A DNA stretch of 64,000 nucleotides from Acidimicrobiales bacterium (GTDB lineage: Bacteria; Actinomycetota; Acidimicrobiia; Acidimicrobiales; CADCSY01): assembly GCA_035512495.1 (NCBI GenBank), contig DATKDW010000062.1, forward strand, positions 50,957 through 114,956, written 5' to 3'. The notes beneath the pieces were generated by a model. That model saw only the letters and a program-made list of their open reading frames with translations. It did no database searches and was not told the origin of the DNA. Below are positions 29,044 to 38,100 of the stretch, one piece after another; position 1 is the stretch's first letter, and each line of letters begins with the position of its first letter. Position numbers and translations under genes: made by a program.

Positions 29044-29174
29044 CTCAAGTCCCTCACGTCCGCGCAGAGCTCCCTGTCGGCTCCGCTGCCCGGCCATCGT
29101 GGCACCTTTCTGACGCGGGCGTCATCCACGCCCAGGTTCAGCGCGGTGACGGGGCGTCGGCCCACCCTGAGCCT

Positions 29175-29298
29175 GGGTTGTGTGCGCTCGGCGTCCGCTC
29201 CCGACCGGCAGCGCACACAACTCGGCCATCCTGGTGGACGGAACCCCGGGTTGTGTGCGCTCGGCGTCAGATCCCGACCGGTAACGCACACAGCTCGG
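29175..29298. repeat. two tandem copies (period 73 nt) of a 51-nt hairpin-forming element
   Basis: Copy 1 spans 29175-29225 and copy 2 spans 29248-29298; they match at 46 of 51 positions. Copy 1 contains TTGTGTGCGCT...AGCGCACACAA, an 11-bp perfect inverted repeat. Confidence 0.85.
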
Positions 29299-29318
29299 GT
29301 CGGCGGCGGCTCCGGCGG

Positions 29319-32300
29319 TCAGAGCAGGGCGTCGGCGCCGAGGAGGACCCGGAGCTCGCCGGCCAGGCCGTTGCCGGTGTCGACGTTGAACGCGGGCGGG
29401 AGGCGCAGGACCTTGGTGCCCACGTGGAGGAACACCGGGGAGTCGCCCGGGTGCTCGACGAGGAGGCGCTTGAGGTCGTCGACCTTGCGCTCGTCGAGGG
29501 CGGCCGGCGGGACCGAGAGTCGCAGCGGCGTGCCCCCGTCGTGGATCAGCTCGACGGGGGAGATCTCGTGGGCGATGAGCTTGGCCACGTCGTCGCGGGT
29601 GTCGAGGCGGCCCTTGACGCAGACCACGGCGTCTTCGGTGAGGGCGTGGCCGCTCGTGGTCATGGTCTTCGGGAAGACCATGACCTCGATGGCGGCCTGG
29701 AGGTCTTCGAGCACGAAGATGGCCATGAGGTCGCCCTTCTTCGTGTACTTGCGCTGGAGGTTGGTCACGACCCCGCCCACGGTCCGGAACGCCCCGCCGC
29801 GGCCTCGGTCCTCTCCCTGCGGGACCTGCACCGGACCCGTCCCGCCCTCTCGGAGCTCGGTGATCGAGCAGTCGGCGCGCCGGGCGAGGAGGTGCTCGGC
29901 GCCCATGAGCGGGTGGTCGCTGACGTAGAGGCCCAGCATCTCCTTCTCGAAGGCCAGGCGCTCCATCTTCTCGAACTCGTCGTCGGGGATCGCCACCCGC
30001 TCGTCGAACGAGGAAGACGACTCGTCAGCACCGACGTCGCCGAAGAGGCTCATCACCCCCTGGTCGCGCTCGCGGCGGCGAGCGAGGGTGCGCTCGACGA
30101 TCTGGTCGAACACCAGGAGGAGGCCCTTGCGGGGGTGTCCGAGGGCGTCGAAGGCGCCGGCCTTGATCAGCGACTCGATGGCGCGCTTGTTCAGCACCGC
30201 CGGGTCGACCCGCTCGCAGAAGTCGTAGAAGTCGATGAAGGAGCCGTTGGTGTCGCGCTCGGTGACGACGAGCTCGACGAGGCCCACACCCACGTTGCGC
30301 ACCGCCGACAGCCCGAAGGGGATGACGCCGATCCCGTCGTCGCCGTAGCGGGCGGTGAAGTCCGACACCGACAGGTTGACGTCGGGCACCAGCACGGCGA
30401 TGCCCATCTGGCGGCACTCGTTGAGGTACACCGCCGACTTGTCCTGGTCGGCCTTGACAGAGGTGAGCAGGGCGGCGAGGAACTCGACCGGGTGGTGGGC
30501 CTTGAGGTACGCGGTCTGGTAGGCGACGAGCCCGTAGCCGTAGGCGTGCGCCTTGGGGAAGGCGTAGTCGGCGAACGGCTCGATGATGTCGAACCAGGCG
30601 GTGCCGATCTCGCGGCCGTAGCCGGTGGCCTCGCAGCCGGCGACGAACGTCTCCCGCTCCTTCACGATGAGCTCTCGGATCTTCTTCCCGCAGGCCTTCC
30701 GGAGGTTGTCGGCCTCGGCGAGGGTGTAGCCGGCGAACTTCTGGGCCACCCGCATCACGGATTCCTGGAAGATCATCAAGCCCTGGGTGTCGGCGAGGAT
30801 CTCCTCGGCATCGGGGTGGAGGTACTCGATGGGCTTGCGGCCGTTCTTCCGGTCGGCGTAGTCGTTGTGCATGTTGGCGGCCATGGGCCCCGGCCGATAC
30901 AGGGCCACGAGGGCCGCCACGTCGTCGAAGCTGGTAGGCGCCAGGCTGCGCATGAGGGCGCGCATCGGCCCGCCCTCGAGCTGGAAGACGCCGATCGAGC
31001 GGCCCTCCCGCAGCATGGCCAGCGTCTTGTCGTCGTCGAGGGGGACGTCGTCGATGTCGAGCTCGACCCCGGTGACGTCGCGCACCAGCTCGACGGTGTC
31101 GGAGATCACGTCGAGGTTGCGCAGGCCGAGGAAGTCCATCTTCAGCAGCCCGAGGTCCTCGACCCCGTGCATCTCGTACTGGGTGACCACCGGTGCGTCC
31201 TCGGGGTCCTTGCCGGCCTCGGGCTTGCGCTGGATCGGGAGGTAGGTGGTGAGGGTCTCGTCGGTGATCACCACGGCGGCCGCGTGGATGCCGTCCTGGC
31301 GGCGCAGGCCCTCGAGGCCCTTGGCCACGTCGATCACCTTGCGGGCGTCGGGGTCGACCTCGTACATCTCGCGCAGCTCGCGGGCGGCCTTGAACCCGTC
31401 GGCGTACTTGGGGTGCTCCTCGAGGCAGGCGTGCAGCGGCGTGTCGCGCCCCATCACCAGCGGGGGCATGGCCTTGGCCACCTTGTCGCCCACGACGTAG
31501 GGGTAACCGAGCACCCGGGCGGCGTCGCGCACCGCGGCACGGGCCTTGATGGTGGAGAAGGTGACGATCTGGGCCACGTGGTCGCGGCCGTAGCGCTCGG
31601 CCGCGTAGCGGATCATCTCGTCCCGGTACCGGGAGTCGAAGTCCATGTCGATGTCGGGCATCGAGACGCGCGACGGGTTGAGGAAGCGCTCGAAGAGCAG
31701 GTCGTACCGGATCGGGTCGAGGTCGGTGATCCAGAGGCAGTACGCCACCGCGCAACCCGCAGCGCTCCCCCGGCCCGGCCCCACCCGGATGCCGTTCTCG
31801 CGAGCGTGCTTGATCAGGTCCCAGGTGATGATGAAGTACGAGCTGAACCCCATCTGGGCGATGACACCGAGCTCGTAGTCGAGCCGCTCGGTGACCGTGG
31901 CGGGCAGGTCCCTCCCCCAGCGCTCGCGCGCCCCCTCGTAGGTGAGGTGGCGGAGGTAGGCGGTGTCGGGCTCCTCGCGGGCCTCTGGGTGGTCATCGGG
32001 CCCCTCCACCACGAGCAGGCCGTTGCAGTCGTGGGTGAGCGCTCCGGTCGCCGCGGTCGGCCCGGCCGGCAGGGTGGCGAGGAACTCGGGCGGGATCGGG
32101 AACTGGGGCAGCTTGGGCTTGCCGAACTCGATGGTCACGTCGGCCCGCTCGGCCACCCAGAGGGTGTTGTCGCACGCCTCGGGGACCTCGCGGAACAACC
32201 GTCGCATCTCCTCGGCGGTCTTGAGGTAGTGCTGGTCGCCGTGGAACTTCAACCGGTTGGGGTCGTCGATGGTGCTGCCGGTCTGGACGCACAGCAGGGC

Positions 32301-33047
32301 GTCGTGGGCGACCGAGTCCTGCTGGTGGGTGTAGTGGCTGTCGTTGGTGGCCAGCAGCGGCGCCCCGATGCGCCGGGCGATCTCGATCAGCTGCGGGTTG
32401 GTGCGCTGCTGGTCGGGCAGGCCGTGGTCCTGGAGCTCCACGAACAGCGAGTCGCGCCCGAAGATGTCCTGCAGGCGGGCCGCCCGCTCGGTCGCCGCCT
32501 TGGTGTCGCCCTGGAGCAGCGCCTGGAGGACGACGCCGCCGAGGCACCCGGTGGTGGCGATGATCCCGTCGTGGTGCTCCTCGAGGAGCTCCCAGTCGAC
32601 TCGGGGCTTGTAGAAGTACCCCTCCAGGTAGGCGCGCGAGGAGAGCTTGATGAGGTTGCGGTAGCCGATGTCGTTCTCGGCCAGCGCGATGAGGTGGTAG
32701 TAGAGCTTCTGACCGCCGTCGGCGTCGCCGCCGGTGTCGTCGATCCGGCCCCGGCGCCGGGGGCGCTCGTGGCGGCTCTCACCCGCCATGTAGAGCTCGG
32801 AGCCGACCACGGGCGTGATCCCCTGCCGGCGAGACTCGGCGTAGAAGTCGAGGACCCCGTACATGTTGCCGTGGTCGGTGATCCCGATCGCCGGCTGGCC
32901 GTCGGCCACCGCCTTGGCGATGACCTCGCCCACCCGCGCTGCCCCGTCGAGCATCGAGAACTCGGTGTGGGTGTGCAGGTGGGTGAAGCTGCTGCCCACG
33001 ATGCTGGCCTCCGCTGGCGCGCCGACGTCGTCCCCAACCTCATCCAC
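29319..33047 (-). CDS. dnaE: DNA polymerase III alpha subunit
   Basis: 1242 aa. PHP domain FTHLHTHTEFSMLDGA, polymerase core GRGSAAGC and PDIDMDF, and a C-terminal OB region. Confidence 0.97.
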   Translation of the reverse strand: MDEVGDDVGAPAEASIVGSSFTHLHTHTEFSMLDGAARVGEVIAKAVADGQPAIGITDHGNMYGVLDFYAESRRQGITPVVGSELYMAGESRHERPRRRGRIDDTGGDADGGQKLYYHLIALAENDIGYRNLIKLSSRAYLEGYFYKPRVDWELLEEHHDGIIATTGCLGGVVLQALLQGDTKAATERAARLQDIFGRDSLFVELQDHGLPDQQRTNPQLIEIARRIGAPLLATNDSHYTHQQDSVAHDALLCVQTGSTIDDPNRLKFHGDQHYLKTAEEMRRLFREVPEACDNTLWVAERADVTIEFGKPKLPQFPIPPEFLATLPAGPTAATGALTHDCNGLLVVEGPDDHPEAREEPDTAYLRHLTYEGARERWGRDLPATVTERLDYELGVIAQMGFSSYFIITWDLIKHARENGIRVGPGRGSAAGCAVAYCLWITDLDPIRYDLLFERFLNPSRVSMPDIDMDFDSRYRDEMIRYAAERYGRDHVAQIVTFSTIKARAAVRDAARVLGYPYVVGDKVAKAMPPLVMGRDTPLHACLEEHPKYADGFKAARELREMYEVDPDARKVIDVAKGLEGLRRQDGIHAAAVVITDETLTTYLPIQRKPEAGKDPEDAPVVTQYEMHGVEDLGLLKMDFLGLRNLDVISDTVELVRDVTGVELDIDDVPLDDDKTLAMLREGRSIGVFQLEGGPMRALMRSLAPTSFDDVAALVALYRPGPMAANMHNDYADRKNGRKPIEYLHPDAEEILADTQGLMIFQESVMRVAQKFAGYTLAEADNLRKACGKKIRELIVKERETFVAGCEATGYGREIGTAWFDIIEPFADYAFPKAHAYGYGLVAYQTAYLKAHHPVEFLAALLTSVKADQDKSAVYLNECRQMGIAVLVPDVNLSVSDFTARYGDDGIGVIPFGLSAVRNVGVGLVELVVTERDTNGSFIDFYDFCERVDPAVLNKRAIESLIKAGAFDALGHPRKGLLLVFDQIVERTLARRRERDQGVMSLFGDVGADESSSSFDERVAIPDDEFEKMERLAFEKEMLGLYVSDHPLMGAEHLLARRADCSITELREGGTGPVQVPQGEDRGRGGAFRTVGGVVTNLQRKYTKKGDLMAIFVLEDLQAAIEVMVFPKTMTTSGHALTEDAVVCVKGRLDTRDDVAKLIAHEISPVELIHDGGTPLRLSVPPAALDERKVDDLKRLLVEHPGDSPVFLHVGTKVLRLPPAFNVDTGNGLAGELRVLLGADALL

Positions 33048-33208
33048 AGGCGCTGTGGATGAGGGTTACACGGCTGTGATTCACACCGTAGCGCGCCCGC
33101 CGCCGCCGCGGCCGCCGGCCGGGGTGTCGCGCCCCCCACCGGGTCGGGTAGGAGGATGGTGACCGCCGGCCGAGGCCATCCGCCCCGGCCCCGACCGAGA
33201 GGCCCCGC

Positions 33209-33424
33209 ATGGCAGACAACACCTATCGCAAGACCGAGATCGTCGGCACCTCCACCGAGGGCGTCGACGCCGCCATCCGCAACGGCATCGTCCGCGCCAA
33301 CAAGACGCTGCGCAACCTCGACTGGTTCGAGGTCGGTGAGATCCGAGGGCATCTCGAGGGCGGCCAGATCGCCCACGTGCAAGTCACGATGAAGGTGGGG
33401 TTCCGCCTCGAGGACGAGGACTGA
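33209..33424 (+). CDS. dodecin family flavin-binding protein
   Basis: 71 aa: YRKTEIVGTSTEGVDAAIRNGIVRANKTLRNLDWFEV... Confidence 0.9.
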   Translation: MADNTYRKTEIVGTSTEGVDAAIRNGIVRANKTLRNLDWFEVGEIRGHLEGGQIAHVQVTMKVGFRLEDED

Positions 33425-33442
33425 CCGGATCGGCCTGGTGGG

Positions 33443-34117
33443 CTACTCCACCACCGGGTCGTGGCAGGGCCGGAAGGGGCCGTAGGTGAAGGCGGGCAGG
33501 GCCGACTCGACATCGCCCTGCCAGTCCATGGCCCGGACCTGCTCGGCGCTGCGGCGCCCGGTGGTGGCCCGCAGGACCTCGAAGGGCGCCCCCCGCAACA
33601 CGGCGTCGGCCTCCTCTGCTCCCCAGGCCCCGGCGCCATCGGCCTCCACCCGGAGGTCTATGCCCTGGGCCTTCGCCGCCCCGGTGATGGCCGGCCCCGC
33701 AAAGGTGAGGCCGATCGCCACCGCGTCGCTGTCGCGCCCGCCGGGCCGCCCGAGGGCGCCTCGCAGGTCGTGCTCATGGAGAACGCAGTCGAACACCGCC
33801 TGGCGACCGCTCATGCCGAGATCGTCGAGCACGGCCTCGAATGCCGGCGCCGCCGCCGCCCACTCGGCGACCACCTCGGCGAGGGGCCGGCCCCGGCGCG
33901 CCTCCACCTGGACCGCGGTCCACTTGTCCGAGCCGGCGCCCTCGAGCCGTCCGGCCAGGGCGTCGTCGACGACCCCGGTCACGTGCGCCAGGAGGTCGTG
34001 GACGGTCCAGTCCGGACAGGCGGGCACGCGCTGCGCCGCCCCGTCGTCATCGAGCCCCTCGACCAGCTCGGTCATCCGCCGACGGCACCCCTCGTACGCC
34101 GCTCCGATCTCACCCAT
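33443..34117 (-). CDS. mycothiol-dependent maleylpyruvate isomerase-like (DinB/MDMPI_N) family protein
   Basis: N-terminal motif WTVHDLLAHV with a preceding helix. Start at MGEIGAAYEG (Met46 of ORF 33443..34252). Confidence 0.8.
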   Translation of the reverse strand: MGEIGAAYEGCRRRMTELVEGLDDDGAAQRVPACPDWTVHDLLAHVTGVVDDALAGRLEGAGSDKWTAVQVEARRGRPLAEVVAEWAAAAPAFEAVLDDLGMSGRQAVFDCVLHEHDLRGALGRPGGRDSDAVAIGLTFAGPAITGAAKAQGIDLRVEADGAGAWGAEEADAVLRGAPFEVLRATTGRRSAEQVRAMDWQGDVESALPAFTYGPFRPCHDPVVE

Positions 34118-34133
34118 GGACGGAGCGTACGCT

Positions 34134-34373
34134 TCAGGACGAGCGGTCGGGTGGCCGTCGCCGGTCGTCGTCGTGGGCGAGGTCGGCCAGCACCAGCCAC
34201 CACGAGGCCAGGCCGTGCTCGCACCACCCCTCCGGCGCCACCAGGCACTCATCGGGGCAGCGGCACATGCCGTCGGCCACCCACTCCGCCAGGGTCTCCT
34301 CGTCGGGCGGGGCCCATCCGCTGTGGTGCTCGAACCACTCGTGGGCGTTGCGAACCGCGGCGGCGGCGTCCAC
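34134..34373 (-). CDS. hypothetical Cys/His-rich small protein (79 aa)
   Basis: GTG start 11 nt after the bpa stop. Almost all codons end in G/C. Contains the CRCPDEC-x9-CEH cluster. Stop lies 16 nt before the MDMPI start. Confidence 0.55.
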   Translation of the reverse strand: MDAAAAVRNAHEWFEHHSGWAPPDEETLAEWVADGMCRCPDECLVAPEGWCEHGLASWWLVLADLAHDDDRRRPPDRSS

Positions 34374-34384
34374 GCGCCTTGGGC

Positions 34385-34924
34385 CTAGAGGTACGTGCCG
34401 GGCCGCTCGCGGGCCTCGGCGACGCCGTCGGGACTCTGCCCGGCGGGAAGGCCCCGCTGCATGTTCTCGAGCTGCTGGCGGGCAGCCATCTGTTGAGCGA
34501 ACAGGGTCGCCTGGATCCCGTGGAAGAGGCCCTCGAGCCACCCGACCAGCTGCGCCTGGGCGATCCGCAGCTCGGCATCGCTGGGCGCGGCCTGGTCGAA
34601 CGGCATGGTCATGCGCTCGAGCTCGCCCCGGAGGTCCGGTGAAAGGCCCTCGGCAAGCTCGCGCACCGAGGTCTCGTAGATCTCCTTGAGCCTGGTCCGG
34701 CTGGCGTCGTCGAGCGGGGCATGGCGAACCTCGTCGAGCAGCTGCTTGATCATCGAGCCGATCCGCATCACCTTGGCCGGCTGCTCCACCGACTCGCTGC
34801 GCTCGCCCTCGGGGGCGTCGTCCTCGCCGCCCGGCGGGAGCACCTCGATCTGCTCAGGGGCATCCTCGGTCTGGTCCTCGGGGTCCATGCCCCGCATCCT
34901 GCCCCAAACCGGTCGCCGTTCCAC
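34385..34924 (-). CDS. bpa: bacterial proteasome activator (Bpa/PafE family)
   Basis: VEQPAKVMRIGSMIKQLLDEVR and SDAELRIAQAQLVGWLEGLFHGIQ match my recollection of M. tuberculosis Rv3780. C-terminal GTYL resembles the GQYL proteasome-docking motif. Internal Met starts are possible. Confidence 0.85.
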   Translation of the reverse strand: MERRPVWGRMRGMDPEDQTEDAPEQIEVLPPGGEDDAPEGERSESVEQPAKVMRIGSMIKQLLDEVRHAPLDDASRTRLKEIYETSVRELAEGLSPDLRGELERMTMPFDQAAPSDAELRIAQAQLVGWLEGLFHGIQATLFAQQMAARQQLENMQRGLPAGQSPDGVAEARERPGTYL

Positions 34925-34951
34925 ACCCTGGCGCCCGCGGAGGGCTGTCGG

Positions 34952-36070
34952 CTACGAACCGAGGTTGGCGGCGGCGAGGAGGGGGACGCGCATCTCGGCG
35001 GGGGTGAGCGACCCGTGACGGGACTCGAGCCGGTAGGGGCCGGTGTCGGCGGGATCCTCGAACGCCACGGGGTCGATGGCGGCCATGACGACATCGCCGA
35101 AGCGGTTGGCTGCCGCCTCGCTCACCTTGGGGCCGAACCACCCGTCGGCGATCACCTCGTCGACCGAGCGCACCCACGCCCGGTCACCGTGTTGCGCCAC
35201 GGTGGCGGCCAGCAGGTCGCCGGCGCGACCCGGCTTGGCGTGCAGCCAGCGGAAGCGCCCCTCGCCGGAGAGCAGCTCCACGTGATCCATCACGTCCTCG
35301 TGGATGGCGACGATGGCCTCCCCCACCTGGACCTGGCCGTGGTCGGAGGTCACCACCAGGGCAGCTCCCCTGGGCAGCACCGAGACCAGGTCGGCCACCA
35401 GCCGGTCGGCGCTGGCGAGCTCGGCGGCGTAGTGCTCGTCGAGGCCGTACTCGTGGGCGACCTTGTCGACCCCGTCGTAGTACGCGTAGGCGAAGGGCTC
35501 ACCGGCGGCGAGGAGATGCCGGACCTCCGTGACGAGGGTCGAGGTGGTGCGCCACCCGTGGAAGCGGACGTCGGCCAGGTGGGCGGCGGTGAAGCCGGTG
35601 CCGGCGAACTCGGCGCGGGTCACGACCGGGGGCCGGGTACCGCAGAAGGCGGTGCGAGCCTGGAACACGTCGGGCGGGATCACCGTGCGGGCGTCACCGG
35701 CCGGGGTCTGCCAGCGAAGCACGTTGAGCACGTCGCCCCGGACGTTGATCCGGTAGCCGACCACGCCGTGCACGCCGGGAGGCGAGCCGAGGGCGAGCGA
35801 GCTCAGCGCCGTGGCGGTGGTCGAGGGCGCGACGGTGACGATCGCACCACCGTCCATGGCCGCCAGCGTGGGCGCCAGCGGCAGTCGCTCCTGGAGCTGG
35901 TCGTAGCCGAGGCCGTCGATGGCCAGCAGGACCACCTGGTCGGCCTCGGCAACCACGGCGGGGAGCCACGAGGGCCTGGTCTCCCCGGGCTCGAGGATGG
36001 CGGGGACCACGTTGCTCAGGCAGGCGCCCTCGTAGTCGGGGATCAGCGGGTCCATCGTCCTCCGCTCCAT
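34952..36070 (-). CDS. alkaline phosphatase superfamily protein (phosphodiesterase/nucleotide pyrophosphatase-like)
   Basis: LLAIDGLGYD, PSTTATALSSL, YYDGVDKVAHEYG and VVTSDHG metal-site-type motifs. Confidence 0.75.
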   Translation of the reverse strand: MERRTMDPLIPDYEGACLSNVVPAILEPGETRPSWLPAVVAEADQVVLLAIDGLGYDQLQERLPLAPTLAAMDGGAIVTVAPSTTATALSSLALGSPPGVHGVVGYRINVRGDVLNVLRWQTPAGDARTVIPPDVFQARTAFCGTRPPVVTRAEFAGTGFTAAHLADVRFHGWRTTSTLVTEVRHLLAAGEPFAYAYYDGVDKVAHEYGLDEHYAAELASADRLVADLVSVLPRGAALVVTSDHGQVQVGEAIVAIHEDVMDHVELLSGEGRFRWLHAKPGRAGDLLAATVAQHGDRAWVRSVDEVIADGWFGPKVSEAAANRFGDVVMAAIDPVAFEDPADTGPYRLESRHGSLTPAEMRVPLLAAANLGS

Positions 36071-36165
36071 CGCTTCGGAGCGACCGCGAGTCCATCACGC
36101 CGACGCACGGTCCGCACATCGGGAACCCACCCCTGGTCCCCACCCCAGCGGACCGCCCCCGTACC

Positions 36166-36627
36166 ATGGGCCCGGTGAAGGTCTCGACACGGGGTGACTA
36201 CGCCAGCCGGGCACTCCTGTCGCTTGCCCTGCACGCCGACCACGAGGGTCCCACGTCGGTGCGCGACATCGCCGAGCGGACCGGGCTCCCCCAGCCCTAC
36301 CTCGAGCAGATCCTCCTGGCCCTCAAGGGCGCCGGGCTCGTCCGGTCGAAGCGGGGCGTGGGCGGCGGCTACACCCTGGCGCGGTCCCCCAACGACATCA
36401 CCCTCGGAGAGGTCGTCAGCGCGGTCGACGGGCCCATCACCCTCGGTGACTTCGGCCGGCCGCACGAGGACGGCGCCTGCGACCACGAGGGCCAGTGCGT
36501 GCTGCTTGCGGTGTGGGACGTCGTCGGCGGCCACATGCGCCGCCACCTCGACTCCTACACCCTCGCCGACTGCGTGGCGCGCGCCCGGGGCGAGGTCCCC
36601 TGGGACGGGGCGACGGTCAAGGACTGA
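36166..36627 (+). CDS. Rrf2 family transcriptional regulator
   Basis: VSTRGDYASRALLSLA, a wHTH (SVRDIAERTGLPQPYLEQILLALKGAGLVRSKRGVGGGYTL) and three Cys in the C-terminal half. Confidence 0.88.
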   Translation: MGPVKVSTRGDYASRALLSLALHADHEGPTSVRDIAERTGLPQPYLEQILLALKGAGLVRSKRGVGGGYTLARSPNDITLGEVVSAVDGPITLGDFGRPHEDGACDHEGQCVLLAVWDVVGGHMRRHLDSYTLADCVARARGEVPWDGATVKD

Positions 36628-37534
36628 GCCCGTCGAGCACACCGACGAGGTCGTCCGGCAGCGGCGACTCGAAGCGCGCGCGCTCGCCGGTACCGGGATG
36701 GTCGAAGGCCAGCTCGGTCGCGTGCAGGAACGGGCGAGGGCACGGCAGCGCCACTCGCTTGCCGCGGTAGCGCGGGTCGCCCACCACCGGATGGCCGATG
36801 GCGGCGAGGTGGACGCGGATCTGGTGCGTCCGGCCCGTCTCGAGCCGGCAGGAGGTCAGGGCGGAGAGCACCGGCTCCGTGTAGGTGGTCACGACCTCGT
36901 AGCTGGTGCGCGCCTCCCGGCCCGCCGCCGACACCGCCATGCGAGTGGGGTCGCGCTGCGAGCGCCCGATGGGCGCGTCGATCATCCCCCGGGGTGGCTC
37001 CGGGTGACCCCAGACCAGGGCGAGGTAGCGCCGCTCGACGGTGCGCGTCGAGAGCTGGTCCACCAGCGAGGCGTAGGCCTCGGGGGTGCGCGCCACGACC
37101 AGGAGGCCCGAGGTCCCCTTGTCGAGGCGGTGCACGATGCCGGGCCGCTCCGGCTCGCCCACCCCGGCCAGCTCGGGGAACCGGGCCAGCAGGCCCTGGG
37201 CCATGGTGCCCTGGCGGTTCCCGGCACCCGGGTGCACGACCATGTCCGGGGGCTTGTCGACGACGATGACCTGGTCGTCGGCATGCACCACCGGCACGGC
37301 GACCCCCGGCTCCGGCTGGGCGACGTGGCGGTCGAGGTCCGGCGGCGGCACCTCGACCTCGAGCTCCTCGCCCTCGTGCACCCGGACCGAGCGCGAGGTC
37401 ACGGTCCGCCCTCCCAGGCGCACGGCCCCGGCCGCCACGAGGTCGGCGACCTCGGCCCGCGTGAGGCCGGTCAACATGGCGACCACCCGGTCGACTCGCT
37501 CACCCTCGAGCGCCGGCGGCAGCACCTCCCTCAC
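36617..37534 (-). CDS. rluD: RluA-family 23S rRNA pseudouridine synthase
   Basis: S4-like N-terminus and the catalytic HRLDKGTSGLLVVA motif. GTGA overlap with the lspA stop. Confidence 0.88.
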   Translation of the reverse strand: MREVLPPALEGERVDRVVAMLTGLTRAEVADLVAAGAVRLGGRTVTSRSVRVHEGEELEVEVPPPDLDRHVAQPEPGVAVPVVHADDQVIVVDKPPDMVVHPGAGNRQGTMAQGLLARFPELAGVGEPERPGIVHRLDKGTSGLLVVARTPEAYASLVDQLSTRTVERRYLALVWGHPEPPRGMIDAPIGRSQRDPTRMAVSAAGREARTSYEVVTTYTEPVLSALTSCRLETGRTHQIRVHLAAIGHPVVGDPRYRGKRVALPCPRPFLHATELAFDHPGTGERARFESPLPDDLVGVLDGLSP

Positions 37535-38100
37535 GACCCGCTCCGGCCGGGAGCGTCCTCGACAGGGTCCTGCCCCGCCCCCGCTCCTGGCCCGTCGCCG
37601 AAGGCGGGCTCGCGCATCGACGCCACGATGATCACCACGGCACCCAGGTTGATGGCGATGTCGGCGACGTTGAACACCGGCCACCACTGGAGGTCGATGA
37701 AGTCGACCACCGCGCCACCGAGGATGCCGTCGGCCTCGCGGAGCAGCCGGTCGGCGAGGTTGCCCAGCGCCCCGCCGAGGACCAGGCCGACCCCCACGAC
37801 GCTCGGCCACGTGCTGAGCAGCCGGGCGGTGCGCACGAGCACGAGGACCACGACGAGGGCCGCCAGGGCGATGACGGGGGCATAGCGGGAGCCCAAGCCG
37901 AACGCCGCGCCGGTGTTGAAGACCAGGCGGAGCCGCAGGGTCCAGAGGAGATCGATCGGGTTGCCGGGCAGCTCCTGGAGCGCCCACCACTTGGTGGCGT
38001 GGTCGACGGCGATGACCACGGCCGCCAGCGCCACCACCAGCCCCCAGCGCCGGGCGGCGGCCGACGCCTTCAGCGCCTGCTCAGGCCCCCGCTCTTGCAC
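37531..38100 (-). CDS. lspA: lipoprotein signal peptidase (signal peptidase II)
   Basis: DHATKWW, FNTGAAFG, GGALGNLADR and VVDFIDL...PVFNVADI. Start uncertain; GTG 38100 was chosen (31-nt overlap with the upstream gene). Confidence 0.88.
   Translation of the reverse strand: MQERGPEQALKASAAARRWGLVVALAAVVIAVDHATKWWALQELPGNPIDLLWTLRLRLVFNTGAAFGLGSRYAPVIALAALVVVLVLVRTARLLSTWPSVVGVGLVLGGALGNLADRLLREADGILGGAVVDFIDLQWWPVFNVADIAINLGAVVIIVASMREPAFGDGPGAGAGQDPVEDAPGRSGS

Noticed and set aside
26539-29928. 1129-aa plus-strand ORF
   Set aside because: It is antisense to the BVMO-esterase gene and to the dnaE 3' end. It has the same low-complexity composition and no recognisable domain.
28530-33062. 1510-aa plus-strand ORF, the longest in the track
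   Set aside because: It is antisense to an unmistakable DnaE. Its translation is Arg/Gly/Pro/Ala-rich low complexity with no motifs, which is a typical stop-poor antisense frame in GC-rich DNA.
33048-33208. SOS (LexA) box or other operator in the dnaE-dodecin divergent spacer
   Set aside because: No TCGAAC-N4-GTTCGA-like palindrome or other convincing dyad was found, only weak direct similarity (ACACGG/ACACCG).
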